DNA of 64,000 bases, taken from the IMG/VR virus record IMGVR_UViG_3300028840_001835. One strand, 5' to 3'. Shown piece by piece: positions 47,919 through 56,792 of the stretch. Within the stretch, counting starts at the first letter, position 1. The number at the start of each line of letters is the position of its first letter. The translations under genes and the position numbers were made by a program. Under the pieces are notes generated by a model. It was not told where the DNA came from and did not search any database. It saw only the letters and a list, made by a program, of their open reading frames with translations. This DNA comes from a virus (lineage: Duplodnaviria; Caudoviricetes).

Positions 47919-48602
47919 ATGGTAACCGATACAATATTGGCCAAGGCGTGTCTTGAGTCATATAAAGAAAAAATAATGCCAAACTTAGAAGGGTTTGAAT
48001 GCGATATAATCACAAAGGGAAACGACCGATGTCTCATATTCTATAATGAAAAGGACGTGGTGGTTGTCTTTACTGGCTCTAATGATCTTGAAGATTGGTG
48101 GACGAATGTTCAGTTTATCAAACAGGAGACTCTCTATGGAAAGATACATAATGGTTTCTGGGAGGCATGGCTTGATCTCAGGTCATTGACAAGAACAGCT
48201 CTTGAACGTGTTAATGCGAAAGATAAAAACATATATGTTACTGGACATTCACTTGGAGGGGCTCTCGCTTGTCTATTCTCTGTGGACTCATTCTATAGTG
48301 CATGGATCAAACGACTTGTTACCTTTGGACAACCCCGAGTCGGAAACTGGACATGGAAAGGAAAATTCAAGACGTTAATGGGACCACGGGAATGTGTTCG
48401 ATATATCAATAATCAGGATACGGTCACAAAGATACCATCATTCTTTTTCTTTCATGTGGGACGACCTGTTTACTTTGATAAACATGGAAGAAAGACAATC
48501 AAGAAACCATGGAGCTGGAAATTTATAATTAGAAAGATCAAAGGAATTAATGATCATTCAATGAGAACATACTTTCAGCTTTTGGACGATCATCGGCTTT
48601 AG
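47919..48602 (+). CDS. Lipase class 3 (alpha/beta hydrolase)
   Basis: VFTGS, IHNGF, TGHSLGG, TFGQPRVG, D.VT.IP, DHSM..Y. Confidence 0.88.
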   Translation: MVTDTILAKACLESYKEKIMPNLEGFECDIITKGNDRCLIFYNEKDVVVVFTGSNDLEDWWTNVQFIKQETLYGKIHNGFWEAWLDLRSLTRTALERVNAKDKNIYVTGHSLGGALACLFSVDSFYSAWIKRLVTFGQPRVGNWTWKGKFKTLMGPRECVRYINNQDTVTKIPSFFFFHVGRPVYFDKHGRKTIKKPWSWKFIIRKIKGINDHSMRTYFQLLDDHRL

Positions 48603-48751
48603 ATTAAATGTTTATTAGTAAACGGTCCGGACTTTCCAGGAATTATATTGCACCTTTTTGTACACCAAGTCCGGAATCCAAAAATTTAATCCAAAAATAA
48701 AAAACAATTCAATCAAGTTTTTCTATATTTGACATAAAAAAGGATATAATT

Positions 48752-48922
48752 ATGAATCAAAATAAAGAGAAATTTGAACAGGTTGAGGTTGAACTTGACG
48801 ACCAAATATTATTGGAACTGGCACTGGAAGCACATAGACGGGACATAACGTTGAACGCCTTATGTAACGATATACTTCAGAAACACATAAAGGAGAATGA
48901 AACAAAGAATGGCGTCACATAA
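48752..48922 (+). CDS. Small hypothetical protein (56 aa; not in track)
   Basis: Hand-translated MNQNKEKFEQVEVELDDQILLELALEAHRRDITLNALCNDILQKHIKE...; RBS AGGA. Confidence 0.6.
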   Translation: MNQNKEKFEQVEVELDDQILLELALEAHRRDITLNALCNDILQKHIKENETKNGVT

Positions 48923-49364
48923 TCCAATATTAAATGAACAGTTTATTGAATCCGTACTCAATAAAGTGATCAAGGCCAGGGTAAAATCGAAAAACAAAAA
49001 ACTCATGGTGCAAAATGTGAAATGTTGGTATGATATGATCCAGGGCGGACTGAGTGTCTCGATTGATCTTAAATATTATAGAATAAGTTATGTGATTAGT
49101 GATTATATACTTCGGGAAAATAATGTCCATGATGTGATGATCGAGGTCGTTAAGAAGTTTGAGTTTGAATTGGAGAAGATCAAAGAATTGTTTTCAAAAA
49201 TAAAGAATAGAAACGATGCGCTCCTGAATTGCAAATCTGATGATAAATTATTGAGAGATTTTTGTATTAATGTAATCAAAGGAAAGATTAAGATTGATGA
49301 CATTAAACAAATTAGAGATGTTGATCAATTTGAAGAGGCTGAATGGATTATAAACCATACTTGA
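48897..49364 (+). CDS. Hypothetical protein with shared NDALL module
   Basis: 155 aa; carries the module shared with ORFs 52782 and 53407. Confidence 0.55.
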   Translation: MKQRMASHNPILNEQFIESVLNKVIKARVKSKNKKLMVQNVKCWYDMIQGGLSVSIDLKYYRISYVISDYILRENNVHDVMIEVVKKFEFELEKIKELFSKIKNRNDALLNCKSDDKLLRDFCINVIKGKIKIDDIKQIRDVDQFEEAEWIINHT

Positions 49365-50665
49365 TGAAGGATGTATATGCCGCGGAGAAGAAAAACCTTT
49401 TCAAGGTCATAAGTTTGTTCGCTGGTATGGGTGGAAGTTCTACCGGTTACCGACTGGCTGGTGGTAATGTAATAGCCGCGAATGAGTTTATGGAATCGGC
49501 ACGAAAAATATACTCTAAAAATTATCCCCATACATTAGTCATACCCGAGGACATACGAAAACTAACGGGTAAAAAGATATTGAACCAAGTAGGATTGAAG
49601 AAGGGGGAGCTGGATGTGCTTGACGGTTCACCGCCATGCGCCTCCTTCTCAAATCAGGTACTAAAGACCAGAGAGAAATCATGGGGAAAGAAAAAGATAT
49701 ATTCAAAAACTGTTCAACGGGTCGATGATCTTTTTTTCGAATTCGCACGAATTTTAAATGAGATTCAACCAAAAGTGTTCATAGCTGAGAACGTCCGCGG
49801 GTTGACTATGGGGAACGCCAAAAAAATACTCGGATCAAAATCAAAGAGCCTGACAGCTTTTGGTAAATTGAAAAAGGATTTAAGTGAGACTCAGACTATA
49901 ACAGAGGCGCTCCGTTCCTGTGGATATAAGGTGTCATTCAAGTTATTAAACTCTCTGGACTTTGGTGTTCCAGAAAAACGTGTTCGACTAATTTTCATAG
50001 GGGTAAGAAATGATATAGACTTTCGGCCATCATTTCCAAAATCAATCAATACAAAACCGATACATGCTAAAGACGTAATTGGCCATCTTCTTTTCAATGG
50101 ATCACAATTCTGGATGAGACCCGATACGGTTGTCTGTAAGACAATGAAGAAATACTTTCCTGCGCTTACTGATCGTGAAGCCATAATGAAGATATCAAGG
50201 GGACAGAATATCAAGGAACTATATGAGTCCATCTATGACAGAACGAATTGGTTCAACACCCATTTCACAATATGTCAGTCCAATCGTCCAATACATGCTC
50301 TAGTCGATAGATGGGAATCAATAGAGGAAGCCAAAGCGATACAGTCATTTCCAGAGGACTTTGATCTACTTCAAGAGAATGTGGAGACAAGAATGTTATC
50401 CATCAACGAGCTGGAAGGTCTAACTGGCCTGGCTAACCATGAAGCAGGATTCAATTGTTGTGATGTGGACAAAGTTTTAAAATTGTCCAAGTTAAACGTG
50501 TCTAGGGATGATAAGTTTTTTAGATTAGATTTTAAGACTAGCAATAAACGTGCTGATGCCATAGGCCATGCTCAGAGTTGGGAGTATATAGGTCGAGCGG
50601 TCCCGCCGCTAATGATGAAGGCAATAGCAAAGCATGTATATGAAAACATATTGAAAGCGGTATGA
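49343..50665 (+). CDS. C5-cytosine DNA methyltransferase homolog 1 (motif X GRAVPP; predicted carboxymethyltransferase)
   Basis: SLFAGMGG (I), DGSPPC (IV), AENV (VI), R.RLIFIG (VIII), QSFPEDF (IX), IGRAVPP (X). Confidence 0.85.
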   Translation: MDYKPYLMKDVYAAEKKNLFKVISLFAGMGGSSTGYRLAGGNVIAANEFMESARKIYSKNYPHTLVIPEDIRKLTGKKILNQVGLKKGELDVLDGSPPCASFSNQVLKTREKSWGKKKIYSKTVQRVDDLFFEFARILNEIQPKVFIAENVRGLTMGNAKKILGSKSKSLTAFGKLKKDLSETQTITEALRSCGYKVSFKLLNSLDFGVPEKRVRLIFIGVRNDIDFRPSFPKSINTKPIHAKDVIGHLLFNGSQFWMRPDTVVCKTMKKYFPALTDREAIMKISRGQNIKELYESIYDRTNWFNTHFTICQSNRPIHALVDRWESIEEAKAIQSFPEDFDLLQENVETRMLSINELEGLTGLANHEAGFNCCDVDKVLKLSKLNVSRDDKFFRLDFKTSNKRADAIGHAQSWEYIGRAVPPLMMKAIAKHVYENILKAV

Positions 50666-50913
50666 AATTTAGAATTAAACAATACAAATATAATGATTGT
50701 GGGGATATTTATTTTATGTATACCCCTCAGGTTAAACTAGGAATATTAAGTAGTTGGTTAAATATTTATCCAACTCCAACAGATGGTGCCGATGCCTCAA
50801 ATAGTTGTGAATATTCTTATAAGACAAAAAAGGAAGCAGTGAATCTTATTGAAAAATATAAATTTCAAAAAAGAGAAATTAAAATAATAGTAAGTTATCA
50901 AAAGGTCCAATGA
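50662..50913 (+). CDS. Hypothetical protein
   Basis: 83 aa, coupled overlap. Confidence 0.5.
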   Translation: MKFRIKQYKYNDCGDIYFMYTPQVKLGILSSWLNIYPTPTDGADASNSCEYSYKTKKEAVNLIEKYKFQKREIKIIVSYQKVQ

Positions 50914-51140
50914 AACCAATAGAAGCCAAATATGTATGTAAGATAAAAAATAAATCAATATTTGATACAGGAATTGATATTGATGAAGGCGGGTGGAGTC
51001 TATTTGAAACATTTAAAAAATTCATAAATGAAACTATAGAAATTAATTCAATTGAATATAGATTGATTGGTGTGGATTATCAGAGATGTATAAGCTGGGG
51101 ACAAAAGAGAACCATAATGTTAATGGTGGATGAAATTTAA
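50910..51140 (+). CDS. Hypothetical protein
   Basis: 76 aa, coupled overlap. Confidence 0.5.
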   Translation: MKPIEAKYVCKIKNKSIFDTGIDIDEGGWSLFETFKKFINETIEINSIEYRLIGVDYQRCISWGQKRTIMLMVDEI

Positions 51141-51450
51141 AATGAATTTTATTACAAGTATAAGCGATGACATTGACGGATGGGTTAAATTAGAAGCAAA
51201 TCTTGATATGGTCAGACATGATTTTCTTGACAAATTAGGAAGATTGATGTTTCTTACTACAGTCAAATATAAAGCAAAGGTGGAAGTGTTTCGATTACCC
51301 GGGGGATTACATAATCTTAATCATACAAAATCAATAACTTTGGTTTTAGAGTTTGAGAGAAAAGGGATAAATAAAGTCGCAGCAATATTAAAGAGTCTAA
51401 AGTTTGACATAAGCCTATTGGAGCGGAATCGTGAATATGTATATGGATGA
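51130..51450 (+). CDS. Hypothetical protein
   Basis: 106 aa. Confidence 0.5.
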   Translation: MKFKMNFITSISDDIDGWVKLEANLDMVRHDFLDKLGRLMFLTTVKYKAKVEVFRLPGGLHNLNHTKSITLVLEFERKGINKVAAILKSLKFDISLLERNREYVYG

Positions 51451-52807
51451 TAGATATAAAGTTCCAACGATGGACGAGGTTCATAAACTATCCTCACAGG
51501 AAAAGTTCAATGTGATTTCATTGTTCGCTGGTATGGGTGGAAGCTCTACTGGTTACCGAATGGCGGGTGCAAAGATACTCGCAGTCAATGAATTTATGAA
51601 GGCGGCTAGGTCAATATATAATAGAAACTATCCAGATACATATATATTCCCCGATGATATACGAACACTAAATGGTGTTCAGATGTTAAAGAAACTTGGT
51701 CTTAAGGTTGGAGAACTTGATCTTCTTGATGGCTCACCTCCTTGCGCCTCATTCTCCATGGCCGGAAAACGGAAGAAGATGTGGGGCGAGGTGAAGGGAT
51801 ATTCATCCACAAAGCAGCGTGTGGACGATCTGTTCTATGAATTTTCAAGGATACTTAAAGATATGCAACCCAAGACCTTCATAGCAGAGAACGTGAAGGG
51901 GCTTGCGCTTGGTGATGTAAAGGCTCTGCTCGGAAACAAGGGTAAGGGACTGGAGAACTTTTTTGGTAAGGCGAGGAATGTGGGTATCATTCATGAGAAG
52001 GATAACATAATTAAGACACTAAGAGCGTGTGGATACAAGGTGTCTTATAAGGTTCTGAATTCAATAGAGTTCGGCGTTCCGCAAATAAGGGAGAGGTTGA
52101 TTTTTGTTGGCGTACGGGATGATCTTGGAATGAGCCCATCATTCCCAGAGGGGAATAAGGGGTTTCGGCAGAGACCGATAAAGGCGGGAGATGTGATGTT
52201 TCCATTCATATTCAACGGCTGTGAGAGGAATCTGACCCACGGGACGAAGGAGTGGGACTATATACATAACTGGTTTAAACCATTAACCACCCTTCATCAG
52301 GTGACCAAGATAGCAAAGAAGAACAACCTCAAAGCGTTCTGCCAGAGGATGCCACGGGATAACTGGTTCTACCCTCATCGGACGATCCTCCAATCAGACT
52401 ATAACATTCATGCGCTGGTCAATAGATACACGGCCGTGAACGAATCAAAATTACTTCAATCATTCCCATCAGACTTTGATGTACTGGGTCAGCCATTCAA
52501 GAGAATAAAAGTTTCAGTCAACGATTTACTTAAAAAGAAATTCAATTGTTATAATTTTCAAGCAGGACAGGACTCTGGAGATATACCATACATTTGTTCT
52601 CTCGTAGATTTTCCAAAGGAACGTTGGGATGAAAAATGTTTCTATCTTGATTTAAAGGAACCAGAGATTAAAGTTGATACCAAGTCACAATATTACAATA
52701 TACTTGGACATAGTAAGTCAAATGAATTTGTTGGAAGGGCCGTTCCTCCTCTATTGATGAAGGCAGTCGCGGAGCATGTATATGAAAAAATCATCTCAAA
52801 AATATAA
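51431..52807 (+). CDS. C5-cytosine DNA methyltransferase homolog 2 (motif X GRAVPP; predicted carboxymethyltransferase)
   Basis: SLFAGMGG, DGSPPC, AENV, RERLIFVG, QSFPSDF, VGRAVPP; start uncertain (51431/51437/51443). Confidence 0.85.
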   Translation: MNMYMDDRYKVPTMDEVHKLSSQEKFNVISLFAGMGGSSTGYRMAGAKILAVNEFMKAARSIYNRNYPDTYIFPDDIRTLNGVQMLKKLGLKVGELDLLDGSPPCASFSMAGKRKKMWGEVKGYSSTKQRVDDLFYEFSRILKDMQPKTFIAENVKGLALGDVKALLGNKGKGLENFFGKARNVGIIHEKDNIIKTLRACGYKVSYKVLNSIEFGVPQIRERLIFVGVRDDLGMSPSFPEGNKGFRQRPIKAGDVMFPFIFNGCERNLTHGTKEWDYIHNWFKPLTTLHQVTKIAKKNNLKAFCQRMPRDNWFYPHRTILQSDYNIHALVNRYTAVNESKLLQSFPSDFDVLGQPFKRIKVSVNDLLKKKFNCYNFQAGQDSGDIPYICSLVDFPKERWDEKCFYLDLKEPEIKVDTKSQYYNILGHSKSNEFVGRAVPPLLMKAVAEHVYEKIISKI

Positions 52808-53156
52808 ACTGCCAGAATTTGAAAATTTATCAATTCCATTAATAAGGAGACAGTTTCCAAAATTATTTGCTAATAAGATTGTTAATGTTCAACCAATGAA
52901 CGGACCGTCTGGGTTGGCTTATGCGTTTATAAACGAGGAAATAAGAAAATTGATAATTAGAATCACGACAAAGAATCAGGCGTTATTATATGTGACCCAT
53001 AATAATAGATTTGTTAGAGAACATTGTATAAACATATTAAAGGAAAAAAACAAAAATGGGAATCGGAGTAAAACTAGGAAATCCTCTAGAAGAAAAACCA
53101 ATCGATCATTTAATGATGAAACTAATGGCTCAGGAGATTCAAAAAGAGATCGATAA
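52782..53156 (+). CDS. Chimeric small protein with a gp23-like segment and the NDALL module
   Basis: SIPLIRRQFPKLFANKIVNVQPMNGPSGLAYA; RBS GGAG. Confidence 0.65.
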   Translation: MKKSSQKYKLPEFENLSIPLIRRQFPKLFANKIVNVQPMNGPSGLAYAFINEEIRKLIIRITTKNQALLYVTHNNRFVREHCINILKEKNKNGNRSKTRKSSRRKTNRSFNDETNGSGDSKRDR

Positions 53157-53241
53157 TATGATACTTAAACAAATAAATAAAATTTCAAAACCCCCAGCAA
53201 TAGAGGTAAAGGTATGCCGTTCTACGATTATCAGTGTGTAG
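53056..53241 (+). CDS. Hypothetical protein
   Basis: 61 aa; overlaps the previous ORF by ~100 nt. Confidence 0.4.
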   Translation: MGIGVKLGNPLEEKPIDHLMMKLMAQEIQKEIDNMILKQINKISKPPAIEVKVCRSTIISV

Positions 53242-53423
53242 GGTGCGATAGAATACAGGAGGAACGACATTCGATCACAGAGACTCCTGAAATCAAATGT
53301 AACTATTGCGCCGCTCCATGTAAAAGACTCATGCCCGGAGATATGAATTACATTCTTAGAGGCGACGGATGGAATGGTAAACGGATAAAGAGAGAAGGAG
53401 AGAAAGGTGGAGAGAGCAATTGA
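53214..53423 (+). CDS. FmdB-family zinc-ribbon protein
   Basis: MPFYDYQC..C...E..H......C..C....KR. Confidence 0.75.
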   Translation: MPFYDYQCVGCDRIQEERHSITETPEIKCNYCAAPCKRLMPGDMNYILRGDGWNGKRIKREGEKGGESN

Positions 53424-53607
53424 TGTTTTACAACGAATGTTAATTCGACAACAGAAGGATATAATGAAAGTCGATGAATATTATAATGAAGTATCCGGAT
53501 GGGGTCTTTTAGAAAAAATTAAAACCAAAAACGATGCGTTGCTATACATGACACATGATAGCAAACTTGTGAGAAATAAATGCAAGGAGATATTACATGA
53601 CAAATAA
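53407..53607 (+). CDS. Hypothetical protein with the NDALL module
   Basis: IKTKNDALLYMTHDSKLVRNKCKEIL. Confidence 0.55.
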   Translation: MERAIDVLQRMLIRQQKDIMKVDEYYNEVSGWGLLEKIKTKNDALLYMTHDSKLVRNKCKEILHDK

Positions 53608-54295
53608 AGATAATCATTTGAAAAAAGGTTCAAAGGAGTTCTCATTTGATGACATGGAAGATTTCGATACTCATATTGATCTGTCCATACCAAACTACTC
53701 TTTTGTTTTGGAGCAGGTAAGAAATCTATCCGATTATTTCATAGAGGATAACACCAATGTATATGACTTGGGTTGTTCCACTGGAAAATTCCTAAAGTCT
53801 CTTAATAGAAGGGATGGTGTAAGATATGTCGGCATAGATATAAGTAAAAATCTATTGCCCAAGAAGGAGGAATATCCAGATATCCGTTTTGAATGTTCTG
53901 ACCTTCTAAATTATAATGACTACAACACTGCGAGCTTTGTGGTGTCAATGTTTACATTACAATTTCTACCCCTCTCATCAAGAAAGAGATTGATTCAGAA
54001 GATAAACAATTCGTTGATACCTGGAGGTGCATTTATATCTTGCGAGAAGATATATTCCAGTAACGCCAAGTTTCAGGACATTACCAATAGTCTATATTAC
54101 GAGAAGAAAAACGAGCATTTCTCCGGAGACGCCATTCTGCAGAAGGAAAAGGATCTTAGAAAGATAATGAAGATACAATCAATTGAACAGTCGATAAAGG
54201 ACATGGAGGAAATTGGACCTGTCGATATATTCTGGCGCTCCTTTAATTTTGTTGGCTTAATAGCCGTGAGAAAACCATATACATCAGGTCTATAA
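53597..54295 (+). CDS. cmoA: CmoA-like carboxy-SAM synthase
   Basis: FDTHIDLSIPNY, VYDLGCSTG, ASFVVSMFTLQFL, L.PGGAF..CEK, W.SFNF collinear with E. coli CmoA as I recall it. Confidence 0.85.
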   Translation: MTNKDNHLKKGSKEFSFDDMEDFDTHIDLSIPNYSFVLEQVRNLSDYFIEDNTNVYDLGCSTGKFLKSLNRRDGVRYVGIDISKNLLPKKEEYPDIRFECSDLLNYNDYNTASFVVSMFTLQFLPLSSRKRLIQKINNSLIPGGAFISCEKIYSSNAKFQDITNSLYYEKKNEHFSGDAILQKEKDLRKIMKIQSIEQSIKDMEEIGPVDIFWRSFNFVGLIAVRKPYTSGL

Positions 54296-54356
54296 TCCAC
54301 AAATACTAATAATCCAAAAAATAAAATTCTATATTGAGAAAAACTAAAAGGAGAAT

Positions 54357-55097
54357 ATGATGACAAAAGAAGTACAACCCCAGGATGTCACCTTCGAGAA
54401 AAAGACCCTGGAGCTAATCAACGAGTTGACCAAGATCAACACCAAGTTAATGATAGAGCATGAGGAGGTTGAGAAGGGCAAGGAGCCTGAAAATATAATC
54501 ATTGATGGTACTAATCCAGATACCACAATCGCATATAAATTTTCCGCGCCAAAGGAACATTTTGAGTTTGAGGGTGACGAGGTCGCCTTTTATGACTATA
54601 GCCAGTTCTTCGAGCTGCTTAGTGTTTTTGACAAACCAAAGATTTCCCAGATCGGTGATGAGAAGTTTGAGATAAAACAGAACAAGTCCAAGATCACATA
54701 CTTCATCTCAGATTCGGAGGCGGTTGATGTTGGGTTCTCAGAGGTTGACTTTAAAGACCCGGAGCTTTCATTCTGCATTAGTGATGAACAGTTCAAGGAT
54801 TTACGAAACATGCTCAGGCTCATCGAGGCCGAGAATGTGACCATCTCTGTCGCCGAGGACACGGTGACGGTCAAGCTGTCAACTGGTGACAAAGATAATT
54901 CATATGAGACTCAGTTCAAGACAGAGGAATGGGACGGGACTGAGTTTAGTATAACTTTATCAAAGGATATTTGGGAGAAGGCCCCCGAAGGTTCCTATGA
55001 TATACAAGTCAAGCAGGAAGGTATAATCAGGCTCAAGTATCTTGAGAATGATGCCATCTCCTTGGATTTATACACCGCAGAAATAGAGGAAGAGTAA
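54357..55097 (+). CDS. gp45: Sliding clamp gp45
   Basis: TLELI..L.KIN, F.F...AFYD..QF..LLS.F..P; size and position before gp44. Confidence 0.8.
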   Translation: MMTKEVQPQDVTFEKKTLELINELTKINTKLMIEHEEVEKGKEPENIIIDGTNPDTTIAYKFSAPKEHFEFEGDEVAFYDYSQFFELLSVFDKPKISQIGDEKFEIKQNKSKITYFISDSEAVDVGFSEVDFKDPELSFCISDEQFKDLRNMLRLIEAENVTISVAEDTVTVKLSTGDKDNSYETQFKTEEWDGTEFSITLSKDIWEKAPEGSYDIQVKQEGIIRLKYLENDAISLDLYTAEIEEE

Positions 55098-55606
55098 TGG
55101 AAGACCCTGAGAAGAAAGATGATCTATTGAGATCAGATTATAGTCTGGATCCTGTTGAGGAACAGATTGATGTTCAGGTTCCTGAAGGGCAGGAAGGTGA
55201 GTTTTTTGATCTTCCGCATTTGGAAAAAATAAAACTCGCCGCACAGCAACATGGGGTCTCTCTTAAGGATCCTGATAAGGACTGTAACAAATGTCATGGT
55301 CGAGGCTATGTATCGGTTAGATCATTCACGATCTCTGCCGATGACAAAGAGGTAACAAGAGAGATTCCAAATCCTTGTAAGTGTGTCTTTGAGAAACATG
55401 ATCTTCCAAAGATGTTTACGGGTATGATATCGTTGGGCAGAAAGGAAAGACATAGAAACGATAAACGGGAAAGAAGGATAACCCGAAAAGAGTTTCACAC
55501 ATCTGCATCCAACATACTTGAACATAAACTCAAAAAGGAGTTTAAGGTAAAGAGAAAGAAGAAAAAGAAACAACAGAAAAAGGATAGAAAAAGGAATAGA
55601 CGGTGA
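55097..55606 (+). CDS. Hypothetical protein with a CxxCxGxG zinc motif and basic tail
   Basis: DCNKCHGRGY...PCKC; K/R-rich C-terminus. Confidence 0.6.
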   Translation: MEDPEKKDDLLRSDYSLDPVEEQIDVQVPEGQEGEFFDLPHLEKIKLAAQQHGVSLKDPDKDCNKCHGRGYVSVRSFTISADDKEVTREIPNPCKCVFEKHDLPKMFTGMISLGRKERHRNDKRERRITRKEFHTSASNILEHKLKKEFKVKRKKKKKQQKKDRKRNRR

Positions 55607-56553
55607 AACCTAACACAAAGAGAAAAAAGAATAAGTATATCTGGATAGAGTTTTTTCGTCCAATGTCCGTAGAGGACATAATACTTCCGAAGGCATATAT
55701 GAAGACCTTTAGGAAGTTTGTCGAGGAAAAGGAGATACCAAATCTTATGTTGTATTCATCCAGCCCTGGTGTTGGAAAGACGACATTGGCTAAAGCACTA
55801 TGTAATGACATAGGCGCGGATTATCTCTATATAAACGTGTCCAGTGAAAGCGGGATCGATACATTGAGAACATCCATCTCCAGATTCGCATCCACAAAGT
55901 CATTTAATGGTAAGCCAAAGATCGTCATAATGGACGAGTTCGATGGTGCATCCAATAATCTTCAGATGGGCCTTCGTGCAGCGATAGAGGAATTCCATAA
56001 GGTATGTCGATTCATATTTACTTGCAACTATATAACACAGATAAAGGATCCTGTGTTGTCAAGGTGCCAGGTGTTTGATATGAACTTCACCGATAAGAAG
56101 ATTAAAGACGAAATGGTTCCAAAGGTGACCAATCGTGTCTGTAAGATACTCGACTTTAAAAAGGTCGACTATGACAATAGCGTGATCGTAAAGTTGGTCG
56201 AGGATCATTACCCAGACATTAGAAAAACTATTCAAATATGTCAACAGTATAGTGCAGTGAATGGTGTTATAGATAGTAATATTTTTAATTATGAGAAAGT
56301 GGATGAGGAGTTCTATACATATCTTCTCAATAAGGATTTTCGGAATGCAAGAAAATACTTAATTGAAAGTAATTACAATTATGAAGAAATGTTCACTAAT
56401 CTATATCATCATTTTGTTCCAATGTTGACTAAAGAAGTTCAGCCTGAGGCGATTATAACCATTGCTGAGTATATGTATAAAAATAGTCATTCAATTGATA
56501 AAGAAATAAACTTCGCCGCACTCATGCTTGAACTAATGGGACTTATTCAATGA
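55603..56553 (+). CDS. gp44: Clamp loader large subunit gp44
   Basis: W.E.FRP, PGVGKTT, MDEFD, RFIFTCNY, SRC; GTG start. Confidence 0.93.
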   Translation: MKPNTKRKKNKYIWIEFFRPMSVEDIILPKAYMKTFRKFVEEKEIPNLMLYSSSPGVGKTTLAKALCNDIGADYLYINVSSESGIDTLRTSISRFASTKSFNGKPKIVIMDEFDGASNNLQMGLRAAIEEFHKVCRFIFTCNYITQIKDPVLSRCQVFDMNFTDKKIKDEMVPKVTNRVCKILDFKKVDYDNSVIVKLVEDHYPDIRKTIQICQQYSAVNGVIDSNIFNYEKVDEEFYTYLLNKDFRNARKYLIESNYNYEEMFTNLYHHFVPMLTKEVQPEAIITIAEYMYKNSHSIDKEINFAALMLELMGLIQ

Positions 56554-56792
56554 AAAAGATATTAAAAATGTTAGGGTCTGAATTCATTGAATATTTACAG
56601 TACCTAGGAATGATAGTATTTGGTCTATTTGGTATAGTATTATTATTGTTTCTATGTCTCGGTGGGTTATTCTCAATTGGATTTGGCGTTCCATGTTACA
56701 TTGCGATACCCGTACAGCTTTTGTTTTGGTTCATCTTGAAAGTTTATTTCGATCATCAACCGCCATTAAATAGTGATGGATTTTTTGGATGA
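56550..56792 (+). CDS. Membrane hypothetical protein
   Basis: Two hydrophobic stretches. Confidence 0.55.
   Translation: MKKILKMLGSEFIEYLQYLGMIVFGLFGIVLLLFLCLGGLFSIGFGVPCYIAIPVQLLFWFILKVYFDHQPPLNSDGFFG

Noticed and set aside
48729-48750. TTGACA ... TATAAT as a sigma70 promoter
   Set aside because: The spacer is only 10 nt and contains the AGGA RBS of ORF 48752.
52782-53156. Calling this ORF a second capsid or vertex protein (gp24)
   Set aside because: Only 32 aa match, the protein is far too short for an HK97 fold, and it has no late promoter; reported as a chimera instead.
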